Origin: Vicugna vicugna
Taxonomy: Eukaryota
Length of the DNA stretch: 64,000 bases
Direction: 5' to 3'
Assembly (NCBI GenBank): GCA_013265495.1
Contig: MU058423.1
Coordinates: 633,061-697,060, forward strand
Of this stretch, positions 26,291 through 39,300 are shown piece after piece; positions within the stretch are counted from its first letter, which is position 1; each line of letters opens with the position of its first letter. The translations under genes and the position numbers were made by a program. The notes beneath the pieces were generated by a model that made no database searches, was not told where the DNA came from, and saw nothing but the letters and a program-made list of their open reading frames with translations.

Positions 26291-26454
26291 TCAACAATCC
26301 TTTCCTAAACTTAAAGAGCTGGAGTTCTAATGTACCCTAAACCAAAATTTATGATTGAATGGTTAATAATTTGTAGTTGTCACTAAATTATGTTTATAAT
26401 CTCCTTGCCATTAATTTAATATGAGCCCAAAGCACCTCCCCAAAGGACCTTCTA

Positions 26455-26887
26455 TCCATCAAAAGATGAATGGATAAACTAAATGTGATATATCCAGTCA
26501 ATGAAATATTACTCAGGCATAAAAAGTAATGAAATTCTGAGCCATGCTACAATGTGGGTGAACCTTGAAAACATTATGTTAAGTGAAAGAAGCCAGACGT
26601 GAAAGATGATATATTGTATGATTCCATTTATAAGAAATAGACTGAGTAGGTAAATCCATAGAAATAAAATGCAGATTGGTAGTTGCCAGGGGTTGGGAAG
26701 AGAAGAGAATGAGTAGGGACTGTAAAATGGGTGCAAGATTTTCTTTTGGGATGATAAAACACATTCTGGAACTTGATATAGCAGGTGTTTATACAACATT
26801 GTGAGTGTACTGAATGCTGCTGAAATGTACACTTTTAAATGATTAATTTTGTGTTATGTGACTTTCACTTCTAATTTAAAAAAAAAA
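26455..26887 (+). mobile_element. L1MB-type 3' end
   Basis: gatgaatggataaac...aaccttgaaaacattatgttaagtgaaagaagccagac...poly(A). Degenerate TSD aaaggaccttctat / aaaggactttttat. Confidence 0.9.
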
Positions 26888-29004
26888 GGACTTTTTATTT
26901 CCTTCAGGTTCTGGGCTGGGGTAGCAGGGGCAGGAGAAGGGAGTCCACCTTCCAAGATACAACCGGGAAGCTCTATGCGACTGCTTCTGTGCCTCACAAA
27001 CAGGGTGATTGATTTTCCTACAGAAAGGGCACCCTAAAACCAAAGGGGCCTGTCCCTCTAGGATCTTGACACCTGGGAGCCTTATGGCCTCAGGCCCCAG
27101 GAGGGGAATTTGGTGGGTTCTCAGCATGGGCCCAGAGCTCTTTCCATAACCCCACCAGAGGCAAGGCCACAGTAACAAAGCGAGGAGGGGCCACAGACCT
27201 TGAATTTAAAACAGAAACCTGAATTTTAAAACTCTTAATGACTTTAGTTGCTGTCACTATTTTAAACAGATTTTTCTCTCTTATGCATTCAATTATTATC
27301 ATCAGCACTTAGCACACGGGGGAGATTTCAACATGCCTATTAAAAATGTCGAGCTTATTAGGCACTCACTCAAAGCTCAGTTAATTTTGTTGTTTTGTTC
27401 TCTATTCCCCTCTGCTTTTAATTTATTTATTTCTTGATATGTGTGTGCATGGCTAATCTAAACATATGGATTAAACTTTTCTCCACTGGTTTTAAAATAC
27501 TGTAATGAATTCTGCAGAGGTCTGTAACTGGAACGAGTGCTGATGGAGGGGAGGGGATACCTGTTGGTTCTGCCCAGGATGCCACCTGCTGGACCTGCCT
27601 GTGCTGGGAACAGTTCTCTCCTCTCCAGTCAGTATAAACTGCAAGGCTCTTGGCCTTGGGATTTTGGTTTCCATTTTCTTTTTGTTCTTCCTGACAAATG
27701 GTCTCTTCAGCGAGTTCAAATGAGTCATTATTGACCTTGTGCCTCCAAAGAGGCTCTGTTTACTGTCTGCACTCATCCACTTTGGATGGTGACTTCTTCA
27801 TTCTCATTGCCTTTTCTGGTGCAGAGTTAAAATAAATAAATAAAAGCAAAAAGAACCACTGAGAGTGAAGAGACTCAAGAAATGCTGTTTTCTTGCTTTG
27901 GCTCAACTGCCAAAGGGTGCATTAAATATTTTAGGGCACCAGAGAGGATCAGCCAGCTTGTGCAGGCATGGAAAAATATTCAGTGGTCACCTGTCACTAC
28001 TTCACCAACCAGGGTTAGAGAGAGCTGGGGGTACACCAGGCATCTTCCTCAAAAAGCTTTCTAAGAACTTAAGTTCACCCACTGCAGGATCAATAGCTCA
28101 GATGTCTGCTCTGCATCCTACAAGGGCCACACAATCCTTAGTGCATTGTCGTGGGATAGTGAGGTCCCAAGACAACCTCTAGGAGAGGAAATCGGTGATT
28201 TTAAAATGATCCATCAATTGCCAATTCTGTATTATAGGGTCTCCCTGGAAATCATGGTTTTCTTGGTTTTCTTTCTACCTTATTGTGTAGGCTAATGTTC
28301 TTTTCTCATTCTTAAGTTGGAGTCACAGCTAGCTCATTTTTAACCTTTTTTATTTTCTACTATAAGTTTCAAAGCTAGAAACTTCACTCTAATTACTGTT
28401 TTAGCTGCATCCCACAAGTTTTGATATGTAGTATTTTTTATCAGTCATTTCTAATTTTTTTTTCATTATGATTTTTATTTGATCCATGAATTGTTTAGAA
28501 ATGTGTTTTCGTTTCCTAAATGTGTGGTCTTTTACTATTTCCACTTTCGTTTCTTATTTCTAACTTAATTGCATAATTGTCAACTAATGTGATTGCATGA
28601 AATTAATATTTCTTGAGACTTGTGTTATGGCCTAGAAACTAATCAATTTTTGTAAATAGTCCATTGGAGCTTGAAAAGAGTGCATTCCCCATTTAGTGGA
28701 TGCAATATTCTGTATGTGTCCATTAGATCAATCTTTTAATTGTGTTGTTCAAGCCTTACCAATCATTTTGTCTGCTGGATACATCAACTGCCTAGAGAAG
28801 TATGTCAAAATCTCACACTGGATGCTGGATTCGTCAACATCTTCTGGGAATTTCATCAAGCTTTATCTTTACTGCGATTGCTGATGTGTTTAGATTTATT
28901 TCTACCATTTTATGCTTTTAGTTTTTGTTTTTTATGTTGATTTTTTAGGTACATATGCTACTTTGGGGGGTTCTTTTGTCCCTTCTTTATTTACTTAGAT
29001 TAAA

Positions 29005-29264
29005 ACTTCACTTTTTAAGAGCAGCTTCAAGTTCACAGCAAAATTGAGAGGAAGGTACAGAGAGTTCCTGCGTACCCCTTGCCCCCACACATGCAGAGCC
29101 TCCCCCATTATCAAGATCCTCTGCCAGAGTGGTACATTTGTTATGATTGCTGAACCTACATTGACACATCATTACCACCCAAAGTCCATAATTTACATTA
29201 GAGTTCACTCTTGGTGTGTGCATTCTGTGGGTTTGGACAAGTGTATAAAAACATGTATTCATCA
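29005..29264 (-). mobile_element. L1MD-type 3' end nested in an older L1
   Basis: aagagcagcttcaagttcacagcaaaattgagaggaaggtacagagag... Putative TSD ttagattaaa / ttagattgaa. Confidence 0.85.
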
Positions 29265-29342
29265 TTAGATTGAAGTACTTTTTATGTATTGGTTCTTTCA
29301 TTTTTCTCTCTACCAGTTGGAAAATTGTCTCCCCACCCACCC

Positions 29343-29428
29343 TTTTTGTAATGAAGGTACTGGGGATTGAACCCAGGACCTCGTGCATGCTAAGAATGTG
29401 CGCTACCACTGAACTACACCCTCCCCCC
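29343..29428 (-). mobile_element. Camelid vic-1-like SINE (short form)
   Basis: gtactggggattgaacccaggacctcgtgcatgctaag...cactgaactacaccctcccccc. Confidence 0.85.
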
Positions 29429-31134
29429 AAAAAATTATGCCTTATATGCTTATTCTTTTAGTGGTTGCCCTAGATATTTTAACATGCAAACAATTTAATA
29501 ATGTCTAAAATTATTCAGTAGCTCTATTTCCCTTCTCCCAAATTTAAGATCCTTAGAATGCTTTAACTTGCCTCACCTCTTTTCCAGCTAATACACTATT
29601 TTGCCTAGTATTTTGAGTTATAGCTACCTGTAGCCTCACAATTCAGACATGGTTATTTTTGTTGCTGTATTCAATCCATGTTTATTTAGATTTATCCACA
29701 CATTTCCAGTGTAGTGTTTCAGCATTCCTTCCTCACCTTAGACATTCCATCTGGGATCATTTTCCTCCTGCCTAATGGACATTCTTTTAGAATTTCTGTT
29801 CCTGAGAGTCATTTGTCTGAAAATGTGGTTGTCTCACCCTCATTCTCAAAAGATGATGTCACTAGGTATGGATTGCAAGTGATTCTCTCGGGACACTGAA
29901 AATACTATTCAGCTAGTTTCTGATTCTCACCATTACTGCTGAAAAGCTAGCTACCAGTCTAATAATCATTCCTTTAAATGTAATCTCTCTTTTCTTGATG
30001 ACTTAAAAAAATTAAAGTATAATATATTTTTTTACTTTAAAGTGGTAAGTCACAAATGTACAGCCTGCTGCATTTTTACAAAGTGAACACGTTCATGTAG
30101 TCACTACTCTGAATCAAAAGTGAAAATAAAACCTTACCAGCACCCTGGGGGCCTCCCTTGATCCTTACCCACCTCCTCAAGGATAAGTATTATTGTCACA
30201 TCTGTCTTCATAGACCAGTTTTGCCTATTTCTGACCTGGCCTATCTTTTCTCTTTGTCTTTGGTGTTTTGCAGATTCATTCTACTTTGTCTAGATGAGGA
30301 TTTCATCTTACATATTCTACTCAGCATTTGTTAGAGCTCCTGAAACTGAGGTCTGGTGTCCTGTAACAAGTCTGGAAAACTCGCAGCCATTAACTCTTCC
30401 ATTATTGCCTCTTCCTCGTTTTTTATTTCAGTCAGTTCAGTGACTATGACGGTTTTTCACCCTGTGTTTCAAGTGTCAATCTTTATTTCATACTGTTTAT
30501 CTCTTCGTCTCTCTGGACTGCATTCTAAATCTATCTTTCAATTCACCAATTCCTCCTGCGGCTGTGTTGAATCTACTGTTTAACTGTCCATTGAGGTTTT
30601 AAACTATATTTTTCACTGAAAAGAACTATTTGCTCTTTTTTCAAACATGCTTGATCATTTGTTTAAAGTCTCTTTTTCTGCGTTAGTTATTTTCAAGATT
30701 CTTTTTTTTAATATCTTGAAACATATTAAGCATACTTATTTTATATTCCATGTGAGATAGTGCTAGTGTCTAAAAGGCTGATTCTGCTGTCTGTTACTTC
30801 TGCTGGATTTCACTCAAAGTGCTCTGTTTCCTTGTGTGTTTTATAATGTTTGATGATAACTTCATGGTCATTAAAACTTCATCTGGGGAAATTCTGAAGC
30901 CTCAGGTGAAATTACATTCTTCCAAAGAAAGTGTGTGTTGGTATCTGCCAGGCACTTGGGAACTAAACCTAGTCCAATGACATTTGAAATTAAATTTTCT
31001 GCCTAAAGATTTGGACCACAGACTCAAATGAATGGTTATCAATCTTAGGAGAGGGTTTTTTCCCCTCTTCCCCACATCAAGTCGAGACTTAACAAATCTC
31101 CTTACTTTTCTCTTATGCATAATGGGTTTATTTT

Positions 31135-31585
31135 ATTTTTAAGTAACTTTTTACTTGAAAATAGTTTTATACTTACAGAAAAGTTTCAAAGATAATGCAG
31201 GGAGTTCTCATATACCTTGTACCTATTTTTGCCTATTGTTAACATCTTATATCTGTATGCTATGGGACATTTGTCAGAATTAGTAAACCAATAGTGATAG
31301 ATTAACCAAAATCCATGTTTCATTCCTATTATCTTAGTTTTTATCTAATGTCCTTTTTCCATCCCAGGATCCCAGCCAGGTTATCACATTACATTTAGTC
31401 ATCATGTCTCCCTCAGCTCCTTTGGCTGTGATGGTTTCTCTGACTTTCCTTGTCTGTGATGACCTTAACCATTTTGAAGAATACTGGTGAGGTATTTTGT
31501 AGAGGGTTCCTCTACTGGGATTTGTCTGATTTTTCTTCATGATTAGACTGGAGTTGTAGGTTTGGAAGAGGAAGACCACAGAATG
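31135..31585 (-). mobile_element. L1MC-type 3' end
   Basis: ttttatacttacagaaaagtttcaaagataatgcagggagttctcatatacc...cccaggatcccagccagg...ggaagaggaagaccacag. Confidence 0.85.
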
Positions 31586-32015
31586 GTCTTATTTTTCATT
31601 CATTCTTTCACCAAGGATACAGCTCTCTGTGCTCTCACCTTTATGTAGTCTTTCTTGGTAGACTGCCCATCGTGGGTGGCCCTAGGCTGTATCTCCTGAT
31701 TTCTGAGTCCTCAGCAGCCACCAAGACAGAAGCTTGGAGTCTCCAAGGATGGCAGACATTCCAGCTAAGGCTCTTGCTTCCCTCCCAGGATGGTGACTTT
31801 CACTTTGGTTTTGGCCACAGTGACCTGTAGAATCCTCATTTATTTTACTAGCTCAGCAATTTGCATAGTCAAGTTTTCTTATATAGTTTATCCAGGTTTA
31901 GTGCTGTTTCACTGGGAGAGTTATTCTGGAGCTCATACTGCTGGAAGTAAAATTGGAGACAAGTCTGATCCCATGTAAAGCTTCAGCCTCATCTCTTACC
32001 ACATCTCTTTCCATT

Positions 32016-32780
32016 TAGTCAATAAACTTGTATGGAGCATCCCTTAGGGGCCAGCATTCTCTTAGGTACCAGAGAATAACTGATGTACAGCCTCTGTCTT
32101 TCTCCAGCTGACAGTCTAGTAGGGAAACAGCAAGTGCTGGAATGGCACGGGGGAGAAGCCAACGGGACAGTGTGGGTGGAGCACAGAGAACAAGGCAGAG
32201 GCCTCCGAGGGAGGGAGAGAGCACGCTGGAGCAGTGGGAGGCGTCAGGCCAGGAATGCCTTGTAAGCCATGCTGGAAATGTTAGATTTGGTCCTAAGAGC
32301 CCTGGGAAGCCAGTGAGAGTGTTTTGATCCTGAAGTATGACAATGATCCAAGGGGCTTTTTAAAAAGATCTCTCCAGGTTCTGGAGAGGGTATATCAGAC
32401 TTTGGGCTGAAAGTCTAGTGACAGGGCTGTTACAGATATTGGAGAAATATTGAGGAAGAAGAATGCATAAGACTTGGTGATGGTTTGAACAAGAAATAAG
32501 ACGAACTAGAGAGGATCAAGGACGTTGCCCAGGTCTCTGAATAGAGCCACTAGAAGGACGGTGGCACCATTACTTGGGAAGAGAACACTGACGACGGGGA
32601 TGGAGGTTTGTTGGAAACCAGGGTGTTCAGCTTGTAACATAGTTACTCTAAGGTGCCTGTGAGGCAGCCAGGAGGTGTCGTATAGGTGGAGGTTGAGGTC
32701 CAGAACACTGAGGTCTGAGTCAGAGAGAAAAATGTGTGAATCCTGCTGGAGGTCCTGAGGCCAAGGGAGAGGGAGGAGGA
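32016..32780 (-). mobile_element. L2 LINE fragment
   Basis: gccctgggaagccagtgagagtgtttt...ggatcaaggacgttgcccaggtctctg...gtggcaccattac. Confidence 0.75.
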
Positions 32781-34204
32781 GAGACTGGTGAGGGTCAAGA
32801 GTGAAGGGCAGGGGAGGAAACAGGTGTCACTCTCCCAGGGAGGGGGCATGAGGGACAGGGGTTCATGAAACACTTCCTCTTCCAAATACTGAGAGAGGAT
32901 GCATTTTGGTCTCAAATGTACATAATACAATATGACTTATAAAGCCCTTTCTGGGATGTGATCTTATTGGAAGCTGGTCTTTTTCTTCCTGTTGGTTCCA
33001 CTCTCAGCCTGGCTCCCTCTGCTATAGTCATGTTATTTCTTCTTTTTGTCCAATGCACCATAAACTTTCTTGCCTCAGGACCTGTGCCTTAGGACACTAA
33101 GGCCACAAGAAATTAAGAGAGTTCCTCAGGAGGAGCTATGCAGCCTAGATCTGATGCTATACCTTCTGGCTTTTCTATTATACCTGGGAGCACCCTGGCG
33201 CCCTCTTCCCTTTAGCAAGATAAGCTGGGAAGGTTTGAGAATTGGTGTGAGTGGGGAGTGTCTGCTGGGGGTGAGGGGGTGGGATGTGGGGGGTTGGCAT
33301 TGCCAAAGTATGTGCAAGGTGGGAAGGGAGGTAGGAGGCTGTGGGTTGGGCATGGGGAGGAAGAGAATGCACCTTCATGTGTGTGGGGAGGTATGGGGGT
33401 AAGGGTGTAGGAGAAGGGGGTGACATAGGTGAGGTGGTTAGGGGTCTCCAAAGACAAGATATTTGTCTCATTGATCCTTTCACATAGACAGAGTGCCCCA
33501 GGTCAGAAGGCGCAGGTGACATGAGACAGGTCCAAGGACCTGGGAAGTAGCCTTGACTTGGTGGGATGACTCTCATAGCAGGGAACCCCAGCCAAATGCA
33601 CCGCTGGAGGTATTTCCCACTTTGAATTCCAGACTGATGGAATCCCATGACCCACTCAAGCATTTGGGTGTACAGAAACTGACCAAAGGCCCTCTGAGCA
33701 ATTGTGGAAAGGGGGCCAGTGTTCTCTGGCTGGTCTCCCTGCAGCTCACAGGAGGGATGGGGCAAGAAGTGAGCTCTGCAGACACAGGGCAAATGCCCGC
33801 CTCCATCCTCTCCTCCCACCCTCCCATGCCCGCCGTTGTGACTCCCCTCCAAGTCTAGACCAGTCCATTCATGCAACAGATACGTATTGAGCAGCTGTTA
33901 TATGTCAGGCACTGGGATAAAGAGATGATCCAAACGTGAGTCTTTCCTTCTAGGAAATTAGAAGAAGAGATAAGACAAGAACTCAAGTAGAGGTCATGGA
34001 ATAGAATGGGAGAGGCACAAAAAGAGAGACACAGAGGAGCTCCAAAGACGTTTGAGAACACTGCAGATCCTCTCTCCCTCCCTTCCTTCTTTTGTTCACC
34101 GGATATTTTTTGGGCTTTATTGGGCACAAATGTTTGATGAACAACAGCGTGGGCTCTGATCTCTTCCTAACTCCTTCTCCCACCACTTCTAGCCAGGTCT
34201 CAAC

Positions 34205-34350
34205 AGGCAAGTAACTTAAAGTCCCTGTGGCTCAGTCTTCTCATTTGGAAACTGAAGATAATAATAGTATTGATCCCAGGAGATCAATGTGAGGATTAAA
34301 TGAATTAATATACATCAAGTGCTTAGAATGTTTCCTGGCACATAGTCACA
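34205..34350 (+). mobile_element. MIR SINE
   Basis: ggcaagtaacttaaagtccctgtggctcagtcttctcatttgg...gtgaggattaaatgaattaata. Confidence 0.85.
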
Positions 34351-35899
34351 CTCAGGGCCAGATGTGAGCTATGATGGTGACAGCTGTGACAACGCTGATG
34401 CTGGTGGTGTGACAGGAACACAGTGGATAGATGGTGAGGTCTGAGCTCTTGTTGCTTCTGACTGGGGCAAGGGAAGGAGAGAGAAGGAGGAATCAGGAAA
34501 GGCTTCCTGGAGAATCCGGCTGTGAACTGAGCAGCTCGGGAGCTATACGATGGGATCCCAGCCTATTTCAAGCCAGAGCAAATGTTTGGAGGTGGGAAGG
34601 AGGGAATAAGTGTGCAGAGAGTGGTGCCTGGGATCCTGTTGAAGAATCATGCAGAAACAGGCCAAGGTGTTAGGAACTTACTCCATCGCCCAAGCCTGGC
34701 CCTTTCTGAGGCCCTTTTCACGCAGCAGGGACAGAAGATTAATGATGCAGTCAGAGAGCCAATTCTTCATCTGGGACAACTGGTTTAGGACTCACTCACC
34801 CTCTTCCTAGCCAGCAAGTATCAGCTTAGCTTGTGGGTGACATACTCTGAAAGCGGCTGACTCCCGCACCCCACCCTGCCGAGCCTGACCTAGAAGGAGA
34901 CTCAGAGCCCCCACAGCAACCGCCCACCCCCAGGCACTCCTTTCCCGCCGGCTGCTGGAGGCAGGAAGTCCCTCTTCTCCACAGGAACTGTCCAGCTTAC
35001 CCCGGGGCCACTCTGCCTGGCGGGACAAGGCCTGGATTTCTCAGCTTCCAATGGGCTGCCTCCCTAACATGGCCCAGGTTTGGGATGGCAGCAGGCTGTG
35101 GGCTCAGACTGGCCTGCTGGCTTTACCGCGTAAGCCTCTTTGAGCTTCAGTTGCCTCATTAGAAAACAGAGATAATAATAGCACTGCACAGGCTAGCTCT
35201 GAATGTCAAGTGAATAAACACATATGGAGAACGTGGCGCAGAATAGATGCTCAGTCCCTGCCAGCTTGCTTTCTCTTCCTTGGGGCTCTCAGCCTCCTGG
35301 GCTCAGCTATTCACCTGCCATCTAAATCACCCTTTGCTTTCAGATCTGGACATCAGTGGGGTACAAGGGGCTGTGGGCTCTCAGAAAAGAAGGAACATAG
35401 CCAGTCATTGCATCATTGCTCTTCCTTCCTCCAGGAGGCCTGCCGAGGTCGGGGTACCCGGAGCGGAAGTGGCTGCATGAGATGTGTCAGGGTAAGGTCT
35501 ACCTGGGGTGAAATGGCCAAGTGGGGAACACCATGCCCCATCTTTCCCCTCTGGTGTCCATGCCCAAGATTTTGTTTGTTTGTTTTGCTCTTCTTTGGGA
35601 TCAGGAAGTGATCTAGGTGGTTATTTAACCTTGAGCATTAACTGATTGGAAGGTTTCATCTGCCACCCCTCTCAAAGGCACTTTCATGCGATAGCGCCAA
35701 CCATTCTAAGGCAAAGTAAACGCCAGTGTGGGTTCTGAAGGCCTTCATGGGGAAGGGCATTTGGGAGTGGGAGGGCACAGAGGGCCGTCTGTGTCTCCTG
35801 AGAGCCCCTGGGTTGAGGACTTCCTACACCTGTAAAGGGGGCTACGGAGGGTCCTGCCTTCTGATGCTCAGCCCGCTCTCCTCTAGGCGTACCTCCTGC

Positions 35900-36325
35900 C
35901 TCGAGGAGGCTGTAAGACGGTGCCTCACAGACCTCCCACCACAGGGAGGCAGCTGCCGGGGTCCCAGCCGCTGCAATCTGAGATCTACAGCCACCTTTGT
36001 AGCCAGGCACGTTCCCCACGGGCCATTCCCGCCCTTCGGCTGGGCCCAGCAAATTCTGAAGCAGACTCATTCCTGGGAGACAGATGACTCCTTTATCAGT
36101 GCCTGTGGCTTAAGGACTAATTGTCCTTAGACTGCTTGGCAGTCTACCTGATCAGGTGGACTCGCTCCCTGTCTCCTTCGCATGCGATCAGATTACATCA
36201 CCATCTGACAGCTCTTCCTGCCTCCCCGACTTCCTCCAGTATCACCATGTGGCTTTCTTTCACATAAGCATTCTCCCTAACAAAATCCTTGCACCTTTAA
36301 TTTTCAGGGACCCACCCTAACCCCC
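35900..36325 (+). mobile_element. ERVL solo LTR remnant (LTR40/41-like)
   Basis: 3' end ttctccctaacaaaatccttgcacctttaat resembles the ERVL LTR end ccctaataaatctcttgcacgtctaat; cagactcattcctgggagaca block. Confidence 0.55.
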
Positions 36326-39300
36326 TGCTGCATCCCTTTGCCAGCAATGCCCTATTAATCCTGTGTATCTAAAACCCACCCATCTTCAGACAGACCTGGA
36401 CCACTCTCCAGTAGCTGAGCCAGATGAAAGGTTTTCACCAGGTTTAACTAGGAGATACCATCTTCTAGAAAATTTACAAGGGTCTCAGCTGAAAACCAGA
36501 TAGAGCAGGGGAGTATTTTTCCAGCATGTCTAGACCTCATCTACCTTTGACAGATGACATTTCAGCAGTTTAGAAATGTTAATGTCTACAGCACACAACG
36601 CTCTAAAAACCCAAATAAAAATAAAACCAAACATATGTTGGCTTATGTTATCTCATTTTTAATATGTGATATAAAGTATGACAGGAAGCAAAATAATTCG
36701 ATAGGTGTATGTGCTTTGTCAAAAAATAACGTAAATATACGGTGTAAGTTGATTAAACAGCATTTGCGAACAATTCCATGCTCCCAGTTGTGAGCCCCCA
36801 AGAGACCTCCCGCTACGGTTTCTTCCAAGGGAGCCAGAGGCTGAGTCTAGAAGCAGTGGAATGTCAGCATGGGGTGAGGGGGAAGCTTCTAGGAAGGAAA
36901 CCAGAGATGATCTTGGGGTGGGCAGAGCACTGGGGCTTTGACTTAGCCCAGAGCAGTCCCTGGTCACAGAGCAGCAGCCCCGCCCCTGTTTCTCAGGCTC
37001 TGGTCCTGTGCGGAGCGGCCTGCAGATGTGCAGGTGCATCCAGAGGCCAGACAGTAAAAACCTGGCCCCGAGGCCATCTCTTTCTTAGAGTCCTCCTGAT
37101 CTTCCAGCTAGAAGTGCTCCAAGCTGCCCCCTGGGCCTCACATGCCATGGACCACTCTCCGTGCTATGACTCTTTATACCTGACTTTCCTCTGATGCTCA
37201 GCTCTTAGCTCCTCAAGACCCAGGACTATGACTGGCCCGTCACTCAAGGCTCAGCACCATGACTCCTTTGGTGCAGCTCACAGCCCATGGACAAGCCCAA
37301 ACCCACCACACAACGCACAGTCTCCCTGCAAGCTTGCTCTGGATTTGCAACTGCTGCCATTGACCCTTGTTCTGCATTTTGGAAATATGGAGAAAACCTG
37401 AATATCATAAATGAGAATGTTATTCGGTCTTCTGAGCTGTATTTTTTTCCTTCCAGCTTTGTGCTATAATGAATTGTCTGGTAAATCCTTGTATGTGGAT
37501 GACATTCATACCCATTTAGACTAATAAACTGTTGTTTGCAAATGATACAGTTCCATCTCATTTAGTGAGTGGATCCTATCCTAATACACTCTTAAGATGG
37601 ACATTTGATTCTTCAGCAAGGAAAGTGGTACTGACAGCCTTCCCTTTCTGTTTTTGCTTTTGCTCCTGGAGGCTTCTTGGCCCCGTCCCAAAGCTCGGGA
37701 AACTCAGTGATGAAGTCTGGCATTGGGTAATTGCTGGAAAATTCTTCCCTCTGGTTAACACCCCTGCTCTTGGGGCTGGAGTGAATCCTAGGAAAACGTA
37801 CTCCCTCTTGCTCTCCTGCTACAACCTGGAGACGCAGACGGGTGATGAGCTGCCTATGCTTCTAAATGTTGAGATTCCATCAAGAACTTAAGTAGAAGAA
37901 CCTATTACTTTATGAAATAGGACTGCTCTAAAAAGTTACCATGTAAATCTGACTGTGTTCAGGGGGAAACATGGGCAGATTCAGTTAAATTGGATTTTAA
38001 ATGTATTAGTGGCTCTGAGTGTTTGAGGGAACCCTAACGTGATGCTTAGAAGAGACAGGAAGCTTATGGAGAGAAAAATCACCAACCTTGAAAATTCTGC
38101 TTGGTTCATTTGTTCATTCACTGACTCACCAAATGAACCTTTGTAGGGAACCAGCTATATGCTCGGCATTATTCCAGTGACTAGCAATACAAAGCTAAAT
38201 AAGCCACCTGCTGTATTTTTGAAGGCAGGGAATGTGCTCAAGACACACTGGAGCCTGAGTCCCAGAATGCCTAGGTTTATGCTGGGCGCGAGCATCCAGC
38301 AGAACAGACCAAGGCCCTGTCCTCCAGCTCGACCAGCTGGTCCCCCTGCCTGATAAGAGCACAGTGAAAAGTCCCTGAACTGGCAACGCCTGCTCCTGAG
38401 GTCGTTCTGAACCGTGCCCCTCTCCTGCTGATTTCACCTTGCCTTTATGATAACTATGACATAGAAAAACACACGGAGGAGTATTAGGGAGGCTTTGATG
38501 GAAGAGAGAAGACCGCTGCGGCATCACTGAGTGGAAAGTTACTCCAAGCACAAGGGGTGGAAAGAGCTTGCCTTCTTTCAAAGGCACAGTCTCTTCTTTC
38601 ATCCTCAGAAGAGGTTTCTCTCTGTTTTCTGCACCTGCCCCTTTTCTCCATCACTTCTCCACTTCTTCTTCCTGCCGCCTCCAACCTGTGGCTCCAGGAA
38701 AATCAAGGGTCTCTGAGGTCAACGGTCCATGGCCGTGGAGAAAGCATATGAAAGTGATCCTTCTGGGAATTACAGCCGGCGCAGGGGCAGGAGGCTACTT
38801 TACATGTGTTGGCCTCCCAGCGCACGAGACGGCTGCGTTAAGCTGTAACAACAGCGCTCCACGCCACCAGGCAGCAAATGGATTTCAGTTCCGCTTTAAT
38901 TTCTAACGAACAGCCATGCCTCTGCCACATCCATCAGCAGGAGAGGATCCTGCCGCATTAACAGCCTTGCTTAATGGCTGCCTCTCTGCTTATCACACCT
39001 CAGCCTGATTAAATTGTTATATAAAGAGAAATGTTTTTGCAATAAGTATCTGTCAGGAATTTCAATCAGGTTCCAAGGCCAGCATTGCTGAGTCATGGTT
39101 CTTTTCTTCTCAATTAATGAAGCTTTCATCGGCCCTTGGCAGGGGTGGACTTCGGGGAGAAGAGCAGATCGGTTTTGGGAGCACAGAGAGGAGTGGAGAG
39201 TAGAACTGTAAACACCAGTGACTGGGTGGGAGCTTTCCGGATTTAGCTGGGAGTCTGGGAACAAAGCAGAGATCCCTGGAACTCTCCGGGCCTTAGTCCT

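Larger units (their letters stand above)
28250..31000 (-). mobile_element. Old L1 (L1M5/L1ME-like) body, fragmented by nested insertions
   Basis: T-rich antisense L1 text (ttttagctgcatcccacaagttttgatatgtagtattttt, gtctcaccctcattctcaaaagat, tctggaaaactcgcagccatta). Confidence 0.7.

Noticed and set aside
33178..33876. Longest ORF (232 aa, minus)
   Set aside because: No recognisable domain; partly derived from a low-complexity C-rich tract; no supporting exon structure.
37250..37298. REST/NRSE half-sites tcagcacc and ggacaagcc
   Set aside because: Spacing of about 30 bp does not fit canonical or known non-canonical RE1 sites.
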